Below, piece by piece: positions 23,300-35,844 of a stretch of 64,000 bases of DNA. The translations under genes and the position numbers were made by a program. The notes beneath the pieces are model-generated. The model ran no database searches. It was given only the letters and a program-made list of their open reading frames with translations, and had not been told where the DNA came from. The stretch comes from Takakia lepidozioides. Lineage: Eukaryota > Plantae > Bryophyta. The number at the start of each line of letters is the position of its first letter. Position 1 is the first letter of the stretch. The stretch covers positions 89,900,001 to 89,964,000 of the forward strand of contig CM060731.1 of assembly GCA_030704615.1 (NCBI GenBank). The letters are read 5' to 3'.

Positions 23300-25800
23300 G
23301 CAAATAGTGTAATTGTCTAGAAGCTGTTCCTTAGCTTATTTGATTATTGCCCAAGTGCAAACAAATAAATTTAGAAATTTTCCCTCTCCTTAATGAAATG
23401 TGAGTATATGCTAAACATGTGTTCAGTCCTGAACATGGACATTTGGTGCGTCAGGCTGGTTGTTTGCAATCTCATAGTTCCTTGATCAATTTGTACACCG
23501 TGTCTCTCAAAATCCCCCACTTTCCTCAGCAGTTGTGTCCAAGAGTGCTCCTTGAAAGAGGAGAAACAACTCTCACCAAGGCTGTTTCTATCGAGGAGTG
23601 GAAGATAAAGTGCCTACGATGGCTGAGAGCAGGAGATGACACACTTTGCCAGTCCCCAGGCCCGAGATGGGACATTTAGGAGCTACCCTCTCTTCCACCT
23701 TGTGCATATTGCTGTCCACTTGAAGTCCGTCCTTTGGTCAAGGTCTTGCCAAAAGGCGTAAAATTATTTCCAAAAGATGTTTCACTGCAAAAGCCAGACG
23801 ACCATCCCACTTGCATGCGGGTGCTGTCCACATAACCCTTCTCCTTCCCAGTAGGCAGTCACGATCTTATCTGCTGATCATGGATGTTACATGTGAAGTT
23901 CGACAGAAGATGTTTTCTCAGTATTCCAAGAGTAGAGGGAACAAGTTGGAGCCTGAGCCTTTGTCTTCCCTCTTATCAACATGACTATCTCATCTTTTAG
24001 AGATCCGAACTGCGTTCGAAGCATTAGTGGCTGTTAGGAACTGAAACACAGCTGGAAGGCAGCTTTATTATGATGGGACTTGGGTTGTATGGCAGCAGAG
24101 ACCTTATCCTATTTTTGTATTCATTCAAATGTCTTTCTTTATGACAATGAATGCTCTCCAAGGTCCCAACGTCTCAAATGGGTGCAGAGGTTTTTCTGTA
24201 AACGCATGGTTAGGTTTTCAACCTAACCTTGCTGGTGGCGCCATGAGGTATACAAGTGAGTAGTCACTGATCATAACCTCCTCAGTGGGACCTAAACACA
24301 CTGACAATTGTAACTTGCAACTCCACAAAATGGTCAGACCCAACATCTGATAGTCTTCAAAGACATTACCCATGAGAAATGTCACCTAGTCAAAAAATGG
24401 TTCAAGGGTGGAAGAGCCCAGGCTTGCAGTCAGCTGTGAACTGACACTCCAGATTGAAATGATGTCACCAGATCCACTTTCCTGCCTCCACTTCCCGTCC
24501 ATCCCTATTGTATTTTGAGGGCCTCTGTTACACTAAACTGTTGTGTCTCTTCCACCTCCAGTAGCAATATCATATCACCCTCACTGTCCACACAACTTGC
24601 GATCTTCTTTCTTGCCTCACCATAGACCATGCCATTGAGCCTGTTTATGCTGCTCTCAGTGAGCCTGTTGGGACAAGGCGAGCACAACCCACACTGCAAA
24701 ACACCATAAAAAATTTAGGATGTACCAGGGAAAATATAGTTACTGCAGAATACTTACAGGAGCGAGGGATGGAATATTGCATGACTGCCAGCTAGTAGAT
24801 ATCTCCTGCACTGGATTAAATACTACGAAATTCCCATTTCAGTATATACTGTGTTTCCTAGGAAATACATTTCCAAATTGGGCTCAAAGTGAATATACCA
24901 CAACCCCATAGCATATGAATTCGAGATTTTTTTTAAAATTATAAGAAAATTAAACCCCTTGAACAGTGGGGCATAAGGGATATTGATACAGACCTTCAAG
25001 GAACAATTTAGGTTTCTACTTAGAAAGGCCAGGCTCCAGTTTATTAGAGAAGATATTTGTGATTTAGTCTTCTCTTGTACACATTTCCTTGGTACTCCTC
25101 TGCATTAGAATGAGCTATGTCCATCATAGTATGCCAGCAAACAATCACACTCTCAGACAAAAATCTAGCTACCTTGCTTAGACATATGAATGAGCTCCAG
25201 AAACGTGGTATTGTTGCATTGAAAACATACTTGTCGTTCGTGTGGTGGATGCAAGCCTTCACAATCTCATGCATCAGCGCTCACCTGAGTAAAGGCATTT
25301 CAAGCATGTAAGCTTTTCAAGCACTGTTCTTGGGGGGATCAGCCACAACAACCGTCGAGAGAAGTCTAAAAGACAGTCATCCAGCTATGCAGGCTAACGG
25401 TCGCACCCACTAGCATCATGTAAGTGCTGGCAAGTTCAATCTTAGTATGTCCTTCATTATGTTTATCACCTTCTACCAAACAAAGTCAGCCAATAGCTTC
25501 CAGCACTGTCAACAGGAAATGTGTACATACCTCGTTCTTGTGCATCTTGTGAAATAAGAAAAGCCGCTTACTCCGTCTGAAATGACAAAATGGCAGGAGA
25601 GAGGCTGTTAGTAAAGTACACAGTACAGCATTTCTGGTGCTGCAGGGTAAGGGCCACCAGTAGTGAGCCCTTAACATTCATGGACTCCATGTGCAGAGAT
25701 CTTCTTTCATAAGAAAGTCATGGGAAAGAGCAACAATCTTTCTTCAGAGTTACTTGTAAGGAATCCACACACAATTACTCAAGATTGTTGAGCCCGAGAA
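23300..25800 (-). mobile_element. Highly degraded LINE-like remnant
   Basis: Only faint RT-like traces (KAY..E.P.L-like near 25300, KQG-like near 25180); boundaries uncertain. Confidence 0.3.
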
Positions 25801-26005
25801 GAAGGCACCTCACAATCTTCCTGGATGATAGGTAACCCCCTCTATTGAAATAAATCATCTGGAGAAGTTGCGTGGTAAGGCCTTGACAGCAGTCACTTCA
25901 ATTTGTGATCTGGAATAAAAGCTGGTGTTTGTGGTAGACATTAAGATCGTAAGAAGAAAGAATTTGATAAGAGAATCAAGAATACAAAGCCCTTGCAGTA
26001 GATGA

Positions 26006-27469
26006 TTATGCAAGGGGATTTTGAAGAAAGATCCCCTTTGGTTGAACGAATGCCCGCAGGCCATCCACGCCAAGAGTGACTCCCAGGCCAGACCCCTTTC
26101 GACCAGACCAGGGTAGGCGAGGGGACACGCGATCACAACAGTTCCAGTACCCTGTGCCAACATCCAGCTCTCTAAGAATCTGCTCGGCGTCTTCGCTATG
26201 CTTGCAAAAGACACTGGCTGTGAGTCCATAGGGAGTGTCCTTCATTAGTGCTGCGGCCTCCGCATCTCCATCCACTGCTTGGATGCCAATTATCGGTCCA
26301 AAGGATTCATCTCGCATAACTTGCATTGTGTGGTTCACATCTGTCAAAACAGTGGGAGTGAAATAGAAACCATTCGACAAGGCATTGGTCTCCCAACCAG
26401 TGTGCAACACGGTATTTGCTCCCTTATCCACTGCATCTTTCACCTGTGAGCTAAGAAAAGGGAGTTGCGGTTGTCGTGCCACTGGCCCTATGTACGTGTC
26501 TGATTTCATAGGGTCGCCCACTTTGAATGACTTCACATTCCGAATAAAATGATCCAGGAACTCTCCATAGATTTCCTTATCAACATAGACCCTCTCCACT
26601 GAGCAACAGCTCTGCCCACAGTTGTAAAAGGCTCCATCAGCTATGGTGGAAGCTGCGGCAGCCACATTTGGGACATCTTTTCTCACGTATACTGGATCTT
26701 TGCCCCCCAGTTCCAGCTGAACTTTCACAAGGTTAGGTGCAACTTGTTTGGCAATTTCCAAGCCAATTTTGTGGGAGCCTGTAAAGAAGAGACCACCAAG
26801 ACCTTTCAGTGATGCTACTGCAGCCCCTGTCCCTCCCCTGCCTGTTGTCATCACAAAGACATCCTTTGGAACACCTGCCTCATAAAGAAGGCGACAGATC
26901 TCAGAACCCGTGAGCGACGCATGCTCACTAGGCTTGTAAAGCACGGAATTTCCCGTGAGCAGGGCAGCGGCAAACACATTGGCCGACACAAAGTACGGAT
27001 AATTCCATGCTGAGATGTTGGCCACCACACCGAGTGGCTCATATAGGACCTTCTCCCGCACCTGACTTGTCTCTAACACAATCTGCTCTTGAAGCACCTT
27101 TTCATAATGTTCCAAGTAAAACTTTACCCGATCTACAGTAGCCCGTACTTCATTCTTGGACTGCGAAATGGGCTTCCCCATCTCCGTGGTCAATGTTTTG
27201 GCAAGCAATGGCATGCTCATCCGGAGAAGCTCGTTGAACCTCTCCAGCGCTGCCTTGCGTTCCGCCACCGGTACAACCTTCCATCTCTTTTGCCCTGCAG
27301 CCAATTCTTCATACTTCGCTGCCACTTCTTCAGGAGAATCCTCGTGAATTTCCCCGATTGTCTTTCCCGTGGCGGGATTCACCACATCGAAAAATGGGGA
27401 GCGCTGCACTTTGAACCGACGCAGCAGCTGCAAGGACCTGGCCCCCGCCACCGCCATCGATCTGCACAT
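26006..27469 (-). CDS. Aldehyde dehydrogenase, intronless, ~487 aa, bacterial-like; probably ALDH23 family
   Basis: NPATG, EPLGVVANISAWNYP, KPSE, FTGS, LELGGKDP, GQSCCSVER (catalytic Cys), ESFGP, YGLTASVF, WSGRKGSG. Likely start MCRSMAVAG with a transit-peptide-like N-terminus. Confidence 0.95.
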   Translation of the reverse strand: MCRSMAVAGARSLQLLRRFKVQRSPFFDVVNPATGKTIGEIHEDSPEEVAAKYEELAAGQKRWKVVPVAERKAALERFNELLRMSMPLLAKTLTTEMGKPISQSKNEVRATVDRVKFYLEHYEKVLQEQIVLETSQVREKVLYEPLGVVANISAWNYPYFVSANVFAAALLTGNSVLYKPSEHASLTGSEICRLLYEAGVPKDVFVMTTGRGGTGAAVASLKGLGGLFFTGSHKIGLEIAKQVAPNLVKVQLELGGKDPVYVRKDVPNVAAAASTIADGAFYNCGQSCCSVERVYVDKEIYGEFLDHFIRNVKSFKVGDPMKSDTYIGPVARQPQLPFLSSQVKDAVDKGANTVLHTGWETNALSNGFYFTPTVLTDVNHTMQVMRDESFGPIIGIQAVDGDAEAAALMKDTPYGLTASVFCKHSEDAEQILRELDVGTGYWNCCDRVSPRLPWSGRKGSGLGVTLGVDGLRAFVQPKGIFLQNPLA

Positions 27470-27712
27470 GGTCTCTTGCAACTCCTCTTCAGCGGGAAGT
27501 GCAGGATGTTGATCATTACCCCATTGCCAACCATTTGGATGCCTACATCCAATAATAGGATGTGAAAATGGCCCTAATGGATGCAAAGAATGGATGACAA
27601 TCGAACGGGATATGGCAGAATTAGGGTCCACCCGTGCCAATGACGGCGATTTTCTTGTTGGTGTACTTGTTGCCAGAGCAAATTCAGCGTCTATCCTGTG
27701 TGCGAAGAATCG
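27470..27712. promoter_or_regulatory. Putative compact bidirectional promoter between ALDH and prefoldin 2
   Basis: Only 243 bp separate the divergent start codons. Confidence 0.5.
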
Positions 27713-28156
27713 ATGGGAGCAAATGTAGCGGATAAGCCACTTGAACTGATCAATGAGCAAGCAGTGGCTGGCAAGTGGAGCTTCTTGCGGTCGGAGCTCA
27801 ACCAGCTCTACTCGAAGATCAATGATCTGGAGCTGGAATTGAATGAACACACTCTAGTGATTAATGCTATCCGTCCCCTAGATCCTAAAAGAAAATGCTA
27901 CAGAATGATAGGTGGAGTACTGGTGGAGCGGACGGTGGGAGAAGTATTGCCTGCTGTGCAACGAAATAGGGACGGGCTACAAGAGGTGATTGGCAGGCTT
28001 ACAGAAGCTCTGGAGAAGAAAAGGAACGAGTTTTCCGATTTTGAATCAAAGTACAAGATCAAGATTCGAAGAGGGGACGAGGTTTTTGCAAGGGATGAGG
28101 AGCGGAAGGAGAGGGCTGCACAAGGGGTGCTAGTTGGTCCTGCGTCGGGCGTGTAG
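27713..28156 (+). CDS. PFD2: Prefoldin subunit 2, intronless
   Basis: INEQAV...SKINDLE.E..EH.LVI.AI.PLDPKRKCYRMIGGVLVERTVGEVLPAV.RN. Confidence 0.95.
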   Translation: MGANVADKPLELINEQAVAGKWSFLRSELNQLYSKINDLELELNEHTLVINAIRPLDPKRKCYRMIGGVLVERTVGEVLPAVQRNRDGLQEVIGRLTEALEKKRNEFSDFESKYKIKIRRGDEVFARDEERKERAAQGVLVGPASGV

Positions 28157-30289
28157 GAGACTTTGTCCTCCGGATGTTAGGATTTTGTCAGGTTAGTCGA
28201 TGTGAGAGACTATCTATCTTTGATGCGAAATTTCTGTGTAGTTATGATGCGAAATGAATGAATTCGTAGCTTGTGGGATAGTAAGGGCCAGATGTGGTGA
28301 TGAAAGATGATGAATATAAAGACTCCCTTGTCCGAGTGGAAGGAAAGGAAAGAAGGGTGTCATACTCCGCCACACTATCTTGAATGATGTTGCTGCTGTC
28401 CAATATTTGTTTGCAACAATATCTGCTGCAAAAGAGAGAGATAGAGAAAGGAAGGAAGAAACGTTTTTCCGAAGCTCAAACAGCCAACAGAAAACAATAT
28501 AAAAAATTGGAACCGGCCACCGCAACCAGAAGACTAAAATTTGACAGATTCTCCAAGGTGGAGAGCCTCATGCAGATATTTTGCAAAGCCTCTCCGATCC
28601 TCATAATGGAATACCTCTGTCAGGGATTGAATGTCCTTAAATAGGCAGAAGTCGTGGTCCCGGACTTTGTAGTTGAAGAAGAATTGTTCTTCCATCAGCG
28701 CAAGCAGGACAGAGGTATTCAGCATGCTGCAGCTTATACGATCTGCCAATCCCTATTCATCCTCAGGCTATGTGAGCCCACCTTGAATCGCCCCAATGCC
28801 AGGGAAAGAGAGGGAAAGACAAACAAGGAAAATAAGTAGCTGGGCTGTCAGGTTCCATCCTTGTGGAAGACAGAAGGTATCTTGATAGAACTGTACGTGG
28901 CTCCTGCTGCCCTTACCCTCTTAACTCTCCATCTTCTTTATGAAACCTTCCCAATGATTGCACATTTCTGCTTGAGGTTCAACCTTCCAGGAATCAATGT
29001 CTAGTATGTTAACCTACCCAGACCAACAGCAGCGAAGAAACTCATATGTGACCACCACTTTGTGCCTCCGGGAAAAAACCATTGAGATAATTCAGCAGGA
29101 GACATCTCAAACACCCTAAGGAACAGAAATTCCACTCGATTGTCACAAAACCCATGAATATCCCTATCAAAACAATCAGTTTTGAAAACTTAGGTCTGCC
29201 CAGTAACCTCCGTGTACACAAGCTCTCATTTCAAGCACTTTGAGATTACAAGCGTCTGCAATACCCTACAGGAAGCTGTACTAAACTGGCTCTCAACTAC
29301 ATCCAGTCTCCGATCCAGCGCTTGGTATTTAACCTCTGTTAGCCAGTAAGGCCAACCACTGACCTCACCTGTAAGTGTTTAATCAGTTGGAACCCCAGGG
29401 GACTAGGTGGTCAATTTCACAATCCTATTAAGCTTTTTCTGAAAACTTAGGAAGATGTGTCATAATCATAGGCAACTTCTAAGGTTGTTTCTTGTGCCAT
29501 CCTTTTACTAGTTTCTAGCTGTTTGACCATTTCTGAAGTGCATCGCACTAACTGTGTGGGTGTTTGCCAAATGCTGGAAGCCATCTTCCCAAGTAGGGTA
29601 CACACACAACCTCCTATTCATCAGTAATCCATGCCTGCCATGCCCTGTATCTCCTTGTCTTCCTTAGGCATTTCTGCCACCACTGCCTCTGTTGTGGTCA
29701 TCAGTGATGACATTGCAGCCAAAAAGTGTGAGAGTGGAGGGGCCTCTCATGGCCAATGTACAAGGGGTATGGTGAGTACCCTAGGGACTTCCGTGTAGAG
29801 ATGGCATTATGCAGGTGGGTGCAGGTGGGTGGTAATTTGGCATATCTGTAACCAGTTGTTTGATGGTTCATATTTCTATTACCGCTAATTAATTTTGAAA
29901 TTTAAAATTTGTTGTGGCATGTTATGGTTGGAGGATATACCAAGGTGGGGAAAGGGTGAAGTGAAAAAGACGGGCGTTGCTAAGTGTGAAGTAAAGGAGA
30001 GAGACGTTGTTAAGTGTGAAGTGATGTGTGATATGGAGGTGTAGGAGCGATCGGAAGCATTGTCGATGCACGCCATGTTTAGGGTTTGATCACTGGAATA
30101 TTATGATGAAGGATTTAACAAGCATAGGTGTATGTGGTAAGAACTTGTCTGGAAGACATGAGCAAATGACGGGGAAGGTTTGAAGAAGAGGTCAGGAATT
30201 TGCAGAACTTTTCATCAACAAAAGGGTTGTATTCTCCATCCTTTGTTAGAGTTTGCGAATGAGGTGGCACGAAGAGGAGTGCTTTCTGT

Positions 30290-31950
30290 ACAATTTTTGT
30301 GGGGAGCATGGCCTCTGGACTTCCTAAAGGAGGAAAGGGTGGAAAGCTTGGCAAAACGGTTTGAGCGTTGCAAGGCCAGCAGTTTGTGCGGTCTTTTGTT
30401 CATGTTTTATGTAAGGTTTTGTTTTCCCACCCTCCACCCTGAAGCCCATGATTGCATTTTTTCCGCTTTTGTTTCTACGTTGGGAGATGCCAGTGGGTTC
30501 ATGGGTTGTCTTTGATTCGACTGTTCCCTGCTGGCGGACAGAATTTTTATTGGGAACCTTGGTAGCATGATGTCAATGGTAGACCTTAATGTAGCACCAG
30601 ATTATCATTCGGGCCCAAAGACCATTGTAATATCGGGTTGGTGTATCTAAACCGGCTTTCGAAGAGTTAGCTCTTTGAAAGCTTGCTTGGGCCATACTCG
30701 CAACTGTGTGTCAGAGCTAACGTCCACAGGGCCCTGTCAGTTTGGACACCTGCCCCCGAAATGCTACAGCCAACTCCGAAACTGTAGTTTTTCGTATGGA
30801 AGCAATACCACCTTAATCCTAGTCTTTTGGTGGCACAACCATTTGGATTGGAAGATATGGAACAAGTCAAACTGAAAGATACATTTTTTGGGGCCCATTT
30901 GATCCAATATATGTTTTCTCCTCAGTCTCATGCCAAATCATCAGGTCTGACTGTGTTGGGAAATAGCTAGAAGTTCTTGGAGAAGTTGGAAGCCAACTGT
31001 ATGCATCTTAGTAATCATCTAACCTCAGTTAGTGCAGCTTCAAGCGAAGTGAAGTCTGATTGCTGATCATGGAGGCGAAGATTGCTGATTACAGGCGTGC
31101 CACATCATCTCAGCCTGTCATAGTCTGTGTGGGGGAGCATGGCCTCTGAACTTCCTAAAGGAGGAAAGGGTGGAAAGCTTGGCAGGAAGGCTTGAGTGTT
31201 GTGAGGCCAGCAACTTTTGTGGTCTTTTGTTCATGTTTTATGCAAGGTTTTGCTTTCCCACCCTCCACCCTGAAGCCCATGATTGTAAATTTTACGCTTT
31301 TGTTTCTACATCGTGCTAAGGGCTTCATTTCAAATTCGAGGGGAGATGCCAGTGGGTTCATGGGTTGTCTTTGATTCGGCTGTTTCTCTGCTGACGGACA
31401 GAATTATATTGGGAAAACCCCGGTAGCATGATGTCAATGGTAGACCTTAATGTAGCACCAAATTATCATTCGGGCACAAGGACCATTATTGTATCGGGTT
31501 GGTGTTTCTAAACCGCTCTGGAAGAGTTAGCAACCTGCTTGAGCCATACTCGCAAAAGTGTGTCAGAGCTAACGTCCACAGGGCCCTGTTAGTGTGGACT
31601 CCTGCCCCCAAAAAGTTGCAGCTAACTCTGAAACTGTAGTTTTTCCTATGGCAACACCACCTTAATCCTAGTATTGTGGTGGCACCACCATTTGGATTGG
31701 GAGATAAGGAACAAGTCAAACTGATGATACAAATTTTGGGGCCACATTGATCCGACGTATGTTTTCCCCTCAGCCTCATGCCAAATCATCAGGTCTAACT
31801 CTGTTTGGAAGTTCTTGGAGGAGTTGGAAGCCAACTGTATGCATTGTAGTAATCATCTAACCTCAGTTAGTGCGCTTCGAGTGAAGTGAAGTCAGATTGC
31901 TGATCATGGAGGCAAAGATTGCTGATTACAGGCATGCCACATCATCCCGC
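30290..31950 (+). repeat. Diverged tandem duplication of an ~830-bp unit (~30290-31110 and ~31125-31950)
   Basis: Colinear matches such as GGGGAGCATGGCCTCTG.ACTTCCTAAAGGAGGAAAGGGTGGAAAGCTTGGC and GGTAGCATGATGTCAATGGTAGACCTTAATGTAGCACCA in both copies. Confidence 0.85.
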
Positions 31951-33479
31951 GTCTCTAGCCTCCAGCAACGCCTCAGGAAGGAATGCAGGTACCACAGGGC
32001 GGCAAGCATCGACCATAGCTCTTATGTTAGGTTCAACCCCCGTCTTGTTTCTTGGAGAGTGTACACCAGTTGCTCTGTTTGTCTGCTTGAATGATTTTCC
32101 ACAGCCACCAACTGTAGGCACCCCTGTTCCTGTCTCCAATGGATCTCATTCTGATGATGCATCAGAGACCACAGGGGCTTCTATCAATATGCAAACAGGT
32201 TCTGCTCCTTCTTTGTCTCCTGAAAACCGCTAGAGGTTCCATTTTTATTGATACTGGGTGCAGAGAGAGTAGGGAGTGAGGAGGGTTGGGCCTTTTGGAG
32301 AACAATATGGAAACTACGTGCTAGTAAGGTGGGGTGTCTGGTCTGTATTCGTTCATCGCATTGGGCAGCCCGACATTGCATTGATTCTTCGTTATTCTTG
32401 CAGAATGTGGCAGAGGTGAAAAAGTAGGCGAGCACTACTTTATGAAGCTAAGCTACCCATTCAAGGTGCTTGCTCCACCTCTTTGAAGTCAGTCCTTCAG
32501 CCCCGCTTCTGTATTTCCAAGTAAGTGGTAAAGAAATAGTTTGTAAGTGACTCAGTCAAGTTCTGTTTCGATTTCTCATATAGAATCTCTCTACAATCTT
32601 CATTTCTTTGAATAAGCTGACATTTATCATCTTAAAAGAATTATGAGTCAATCGAAGAAGATCCAGTGGTGACATTTGAAATAAGTGCAGAAAGAGTGGC
32701 GGGTGAATTTCTGAAATGGAAGTGTTGACAATACAGTGGTAAGGTTGCAAACCCTACTGTCAAGCCTGAGATTGACCCTTCCACTGTTGAAGCTGTGGAC
32801 ATTCGGGTTGGCATCATTGTAAGTACATTTTTATTAAGTTGAAGGTCTCTCCCTCCATACTGACTGCCTTTACACGTCATGAATTTGCAAACAGTGTAGT
32901 TATTTACCAGAAGCAGCAGCATTGTAATCCTCATAAGGGTTACTGAATCTCTTGTTTGGAATTTGGTACCAACACTCCCTAGTCTCGTCCCAGAAGACTC
33001 AAAGAACCTACCGTAGTTTCTGAGGATTGCAGATGTGGATTCAAAGTCTAGCGTGAGGCTATAGTGCCCAAACCACCAGGATCTCTGTTGGAGGCTCACC
33101 AGGCTGACATACTGATTGCATTTTGGGCAGCTGGGGTCTTGCAGACAACTTCAGGGGAGGCTTGATCTGAAATCTTCAGACGTAAAGGACTTAAGCTGTG
33201 TTCTTAAAGGAATTTGACCAGGCCTTGTTTATGATTATAGTTGAACAATCTAATATTGTCACTGGTGCTGAGTGCAGACAGATGCTAAGGCAGTGACAGA
33301 TGCAGAGATGAGTGTGAAGCGCGGGAAGCCGACACTTAGTCGTACACACTTCCAGCTGACTGTAAGACCTCTCTCTCTCTCTCTTGTTCTCTTCACTGAA
33401 CAATATGAAGTAAGGGATAAAACTTGCCTGAACTTGTTTCCATTTCGCGACATGGATGAGGACCTTAAGGATGATCTGA

Positions 33480-34640
33480 AGGGCCTACCTACCCTCGACA
33501 CTAGACTAGAATTCAAACTCAGAGCAGGGAGTCTACCATTGAACAATATGCATAGAGGAAATGAAGAGTATCAAAGCCTGATGTGCTGGTGTCCTGAAGA
33601 TAATATCCATTTTCTGATACAATGCTCTGGGGTATTCTCATCAAAGAATTACCCTCAAGAACATTGTCTTGCACGTATATCCACTAACTTTCAATTTGGA
33701 GGCCGAGCCTAAAGCCCTGGCCCTGTCGTGGTGTATTTCTGGGCAGCTCACACACAGCAAGTTGATGCTTGCGTGAAGTGCTTTCTAGAGGAAATCTGGA
33801 AAGCCCAAACTATTTGTTTATATCAAGGTAAGTCCCAACTTCTGGAGTGAGCCCCTCACAAAGGTAGTGTCTGTTCCCTCTTGTTCTGGACGAAACTGGG
33901 TGCGGGGTCTATGGCCACAAGGCTACGGCAACAACTTATTATGAATACATTCTTTTGTCATTTGTTGTCTGTTGCAGTGGGTTCTTGTTGTGTTCCCCTG
34001 TGGATATATAATGTTTCTCACTTTCTTTCTTTTTCCTCTCCCAGTGATGGCAAAAGTTTAGTAGCATATATGTCAGTTCTGAAGCTCACCACAATATTCA
34101 GAACAGTTGATCGAATCTACTTTCATCAGACTGGCCGGTACCTTTCACCCTTTTGAATATGACTACAAATAAAGGACCACAGTCCAGCCCCCCTTCCTCG
34201 CCCTGCCCATTTCCGTCTCTCTTTTTCCTCTCTGCAAATTGATGCAAAGAGGAAAGGGGGATTGCAAATGCCCGTTGTGTGGGCAACCTGAGGACAATAT
34301 TCACTTTCTGATTCATTGTCCTGGGTACTCTCACCAGGAGACACCCTCTTCAAATCCATCAAGGGATTTGTTCCTGTACCTCTCTTTACCAACTTCGAAA
34401 ATCTCGAGGCTGAGCCAAAAGACCAGGCCCTTCTGGGGCAAATCACACACAACAGATTGATGTTTGTGTATAGGGATAGGATATCTGGAAAACTCGGATC
34501 AATTGTCTGTTCAAGGTAAGTCATACTATCGGCCCTAACAAAGGTAGTTTCTGTCCCTTTGTGTTTCGCTCAAACTGGGCACGGGGTCGGCCACAAGGCT
34601 ATGGCAAACAACGTCTTATGAGTACATCCTCTCTCTACTA
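33480..34640 (+). mobile_element. Two 3'-end fragments of a non-LTR retroelement (C-terminal Zn knuckle); third copy at ~54740-55215 in a BUB3 intron
   Basis: TRL.FKLR.GSLPLN and [16 protein letters not shown]; shared 3' sequence CAAGGTAAGTC...CACAAAGGTAGTGTCTGTTCCCTCTTGTTC in all three. Confidence 0.7.
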
Positions 34641-35510
34641 TGTGAAGTTTAATCTGCAACCGTCCATTGGACTCTACTATACAAAGTTGCGCACTTGACG
34701 AAGGCCAAAGAGATTCAGCAAGCAACAGATTTAAGGTTGTGCACCCCACGCGATGTTGGGTTTGGACATTTAAATGTGCAGATAAGCTGCCAAGCATTTC
34801 TGATCCTCATAATGAAAGAATTCATTGGGTTTCACAGAACAGACAGTGGAATCTCCTATGGATCTCATAATAAAGAGGACAGTAAAAGAAGTGTTCTTCA
34901 ATTTGGATACATTGATTGGGCCTAGTGCATGCTGGGCATAATCCAACCCCCCTTCGACACCCTAGGGTACCCTAGGTACCTCTATCCCGTGGCTACTGAT
35001 TTCTTTATAGAGCTCACCCCCGAAAAGGGGCAGTAGCCGTGAGGCGAAACCGGCGTAACTAAAATGGCTCTTAGTTACGCCGGTTTCGGCCGGAGTCTTC
35101 TCTCTCTGCGAACAAACTAGTTGCTTCAGACAACCCATTCGGTTAGTCATACATGCAACGGGGGTTATATTCTCAAGGATAGCCACGTGGCACCACCTTG
35201 GGGAACCTTGATTTTAACTTTGGACTTATCAAACTTTGACTTTTGACAAGGGGTGCGAGTTCATCAAGCCATTGCATGCGGGGGTGTCCGTGTGGCAGCG
35301 CAGCGCAACAATACATGTCGATTGCGAGAAACGACAAGTGTCATAGCCGCATTGGTCCGCGGCGCTACATAGGAGTTGTTCAGTAGACTTGAAGTGAACA
35401 ACACCAAGTAAGTGACACAATTGGGAAGTGGGGAAGGCGACTTGTAGGTTCAAATCGCACGACGCCACGTGCATGGGCTTGGGGTCATGATCACGCGTAA
35501 GGCGCTGACA

Positions 35511-35683
35511 TATATATATATATATATAGACGCCTCCCGAAGGGAACTTAAATTATGGTGTTTCTTGACCACAAGGGTTATTGCCTTCTAGACACCTTCA
35601 TGACACACCAAACCGTGGTTTGAACCCACAACCACATCCAACGTGGTATGTGCCCATTACCACTGGGCTACATGCTGGTTGTC
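35511..35683 (-). mobile_element. tRNA-derived SINE
   Basis: Minus strand has A box TAGCCCAGTGG, B box GGTTCAAACC and a (TA)n tail; 12-bp TSD AAGGCGCTGACA at 35499-35510 and 35684-35695. Confidence 0.85.
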
Positions 35684-35844
35684 AAGGCGCTGACAACAAT
35701 ATGCTGTATTTCCCTTCACGACTTCCAGCGGTTTGGGCACTGTTGGATATAACTCTAGAAACCACTCAAGGAATGATGTGGCCTTCATATACCAGTTCAA
35801 GTGGTTCATGTTCAAGTCACACATGCAACTGTTTGATGATTAAT

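Noticed and set aside
27470-27850. 127-aa N-terminal extension of ALDH overlapping prefoldin 2
   Set aside because: Starts at a non-ATG codon, is antisense to PFD2 and has no ALDH similarity; the ATG at 27469 gives a normal-length protein.
35000-35100. Hammerhead ribozyme (…GTGAGGCGAAAC…)
   Set aside because: No CTGANGA core correctly placed before stem II in either copy; kept only as an unclassified structured motif.
35600-35680. Functional tRNA gene
   Set aside because: A and B boxes are present but there is no full cloverleaf; the tail and TSD identify a SINE.
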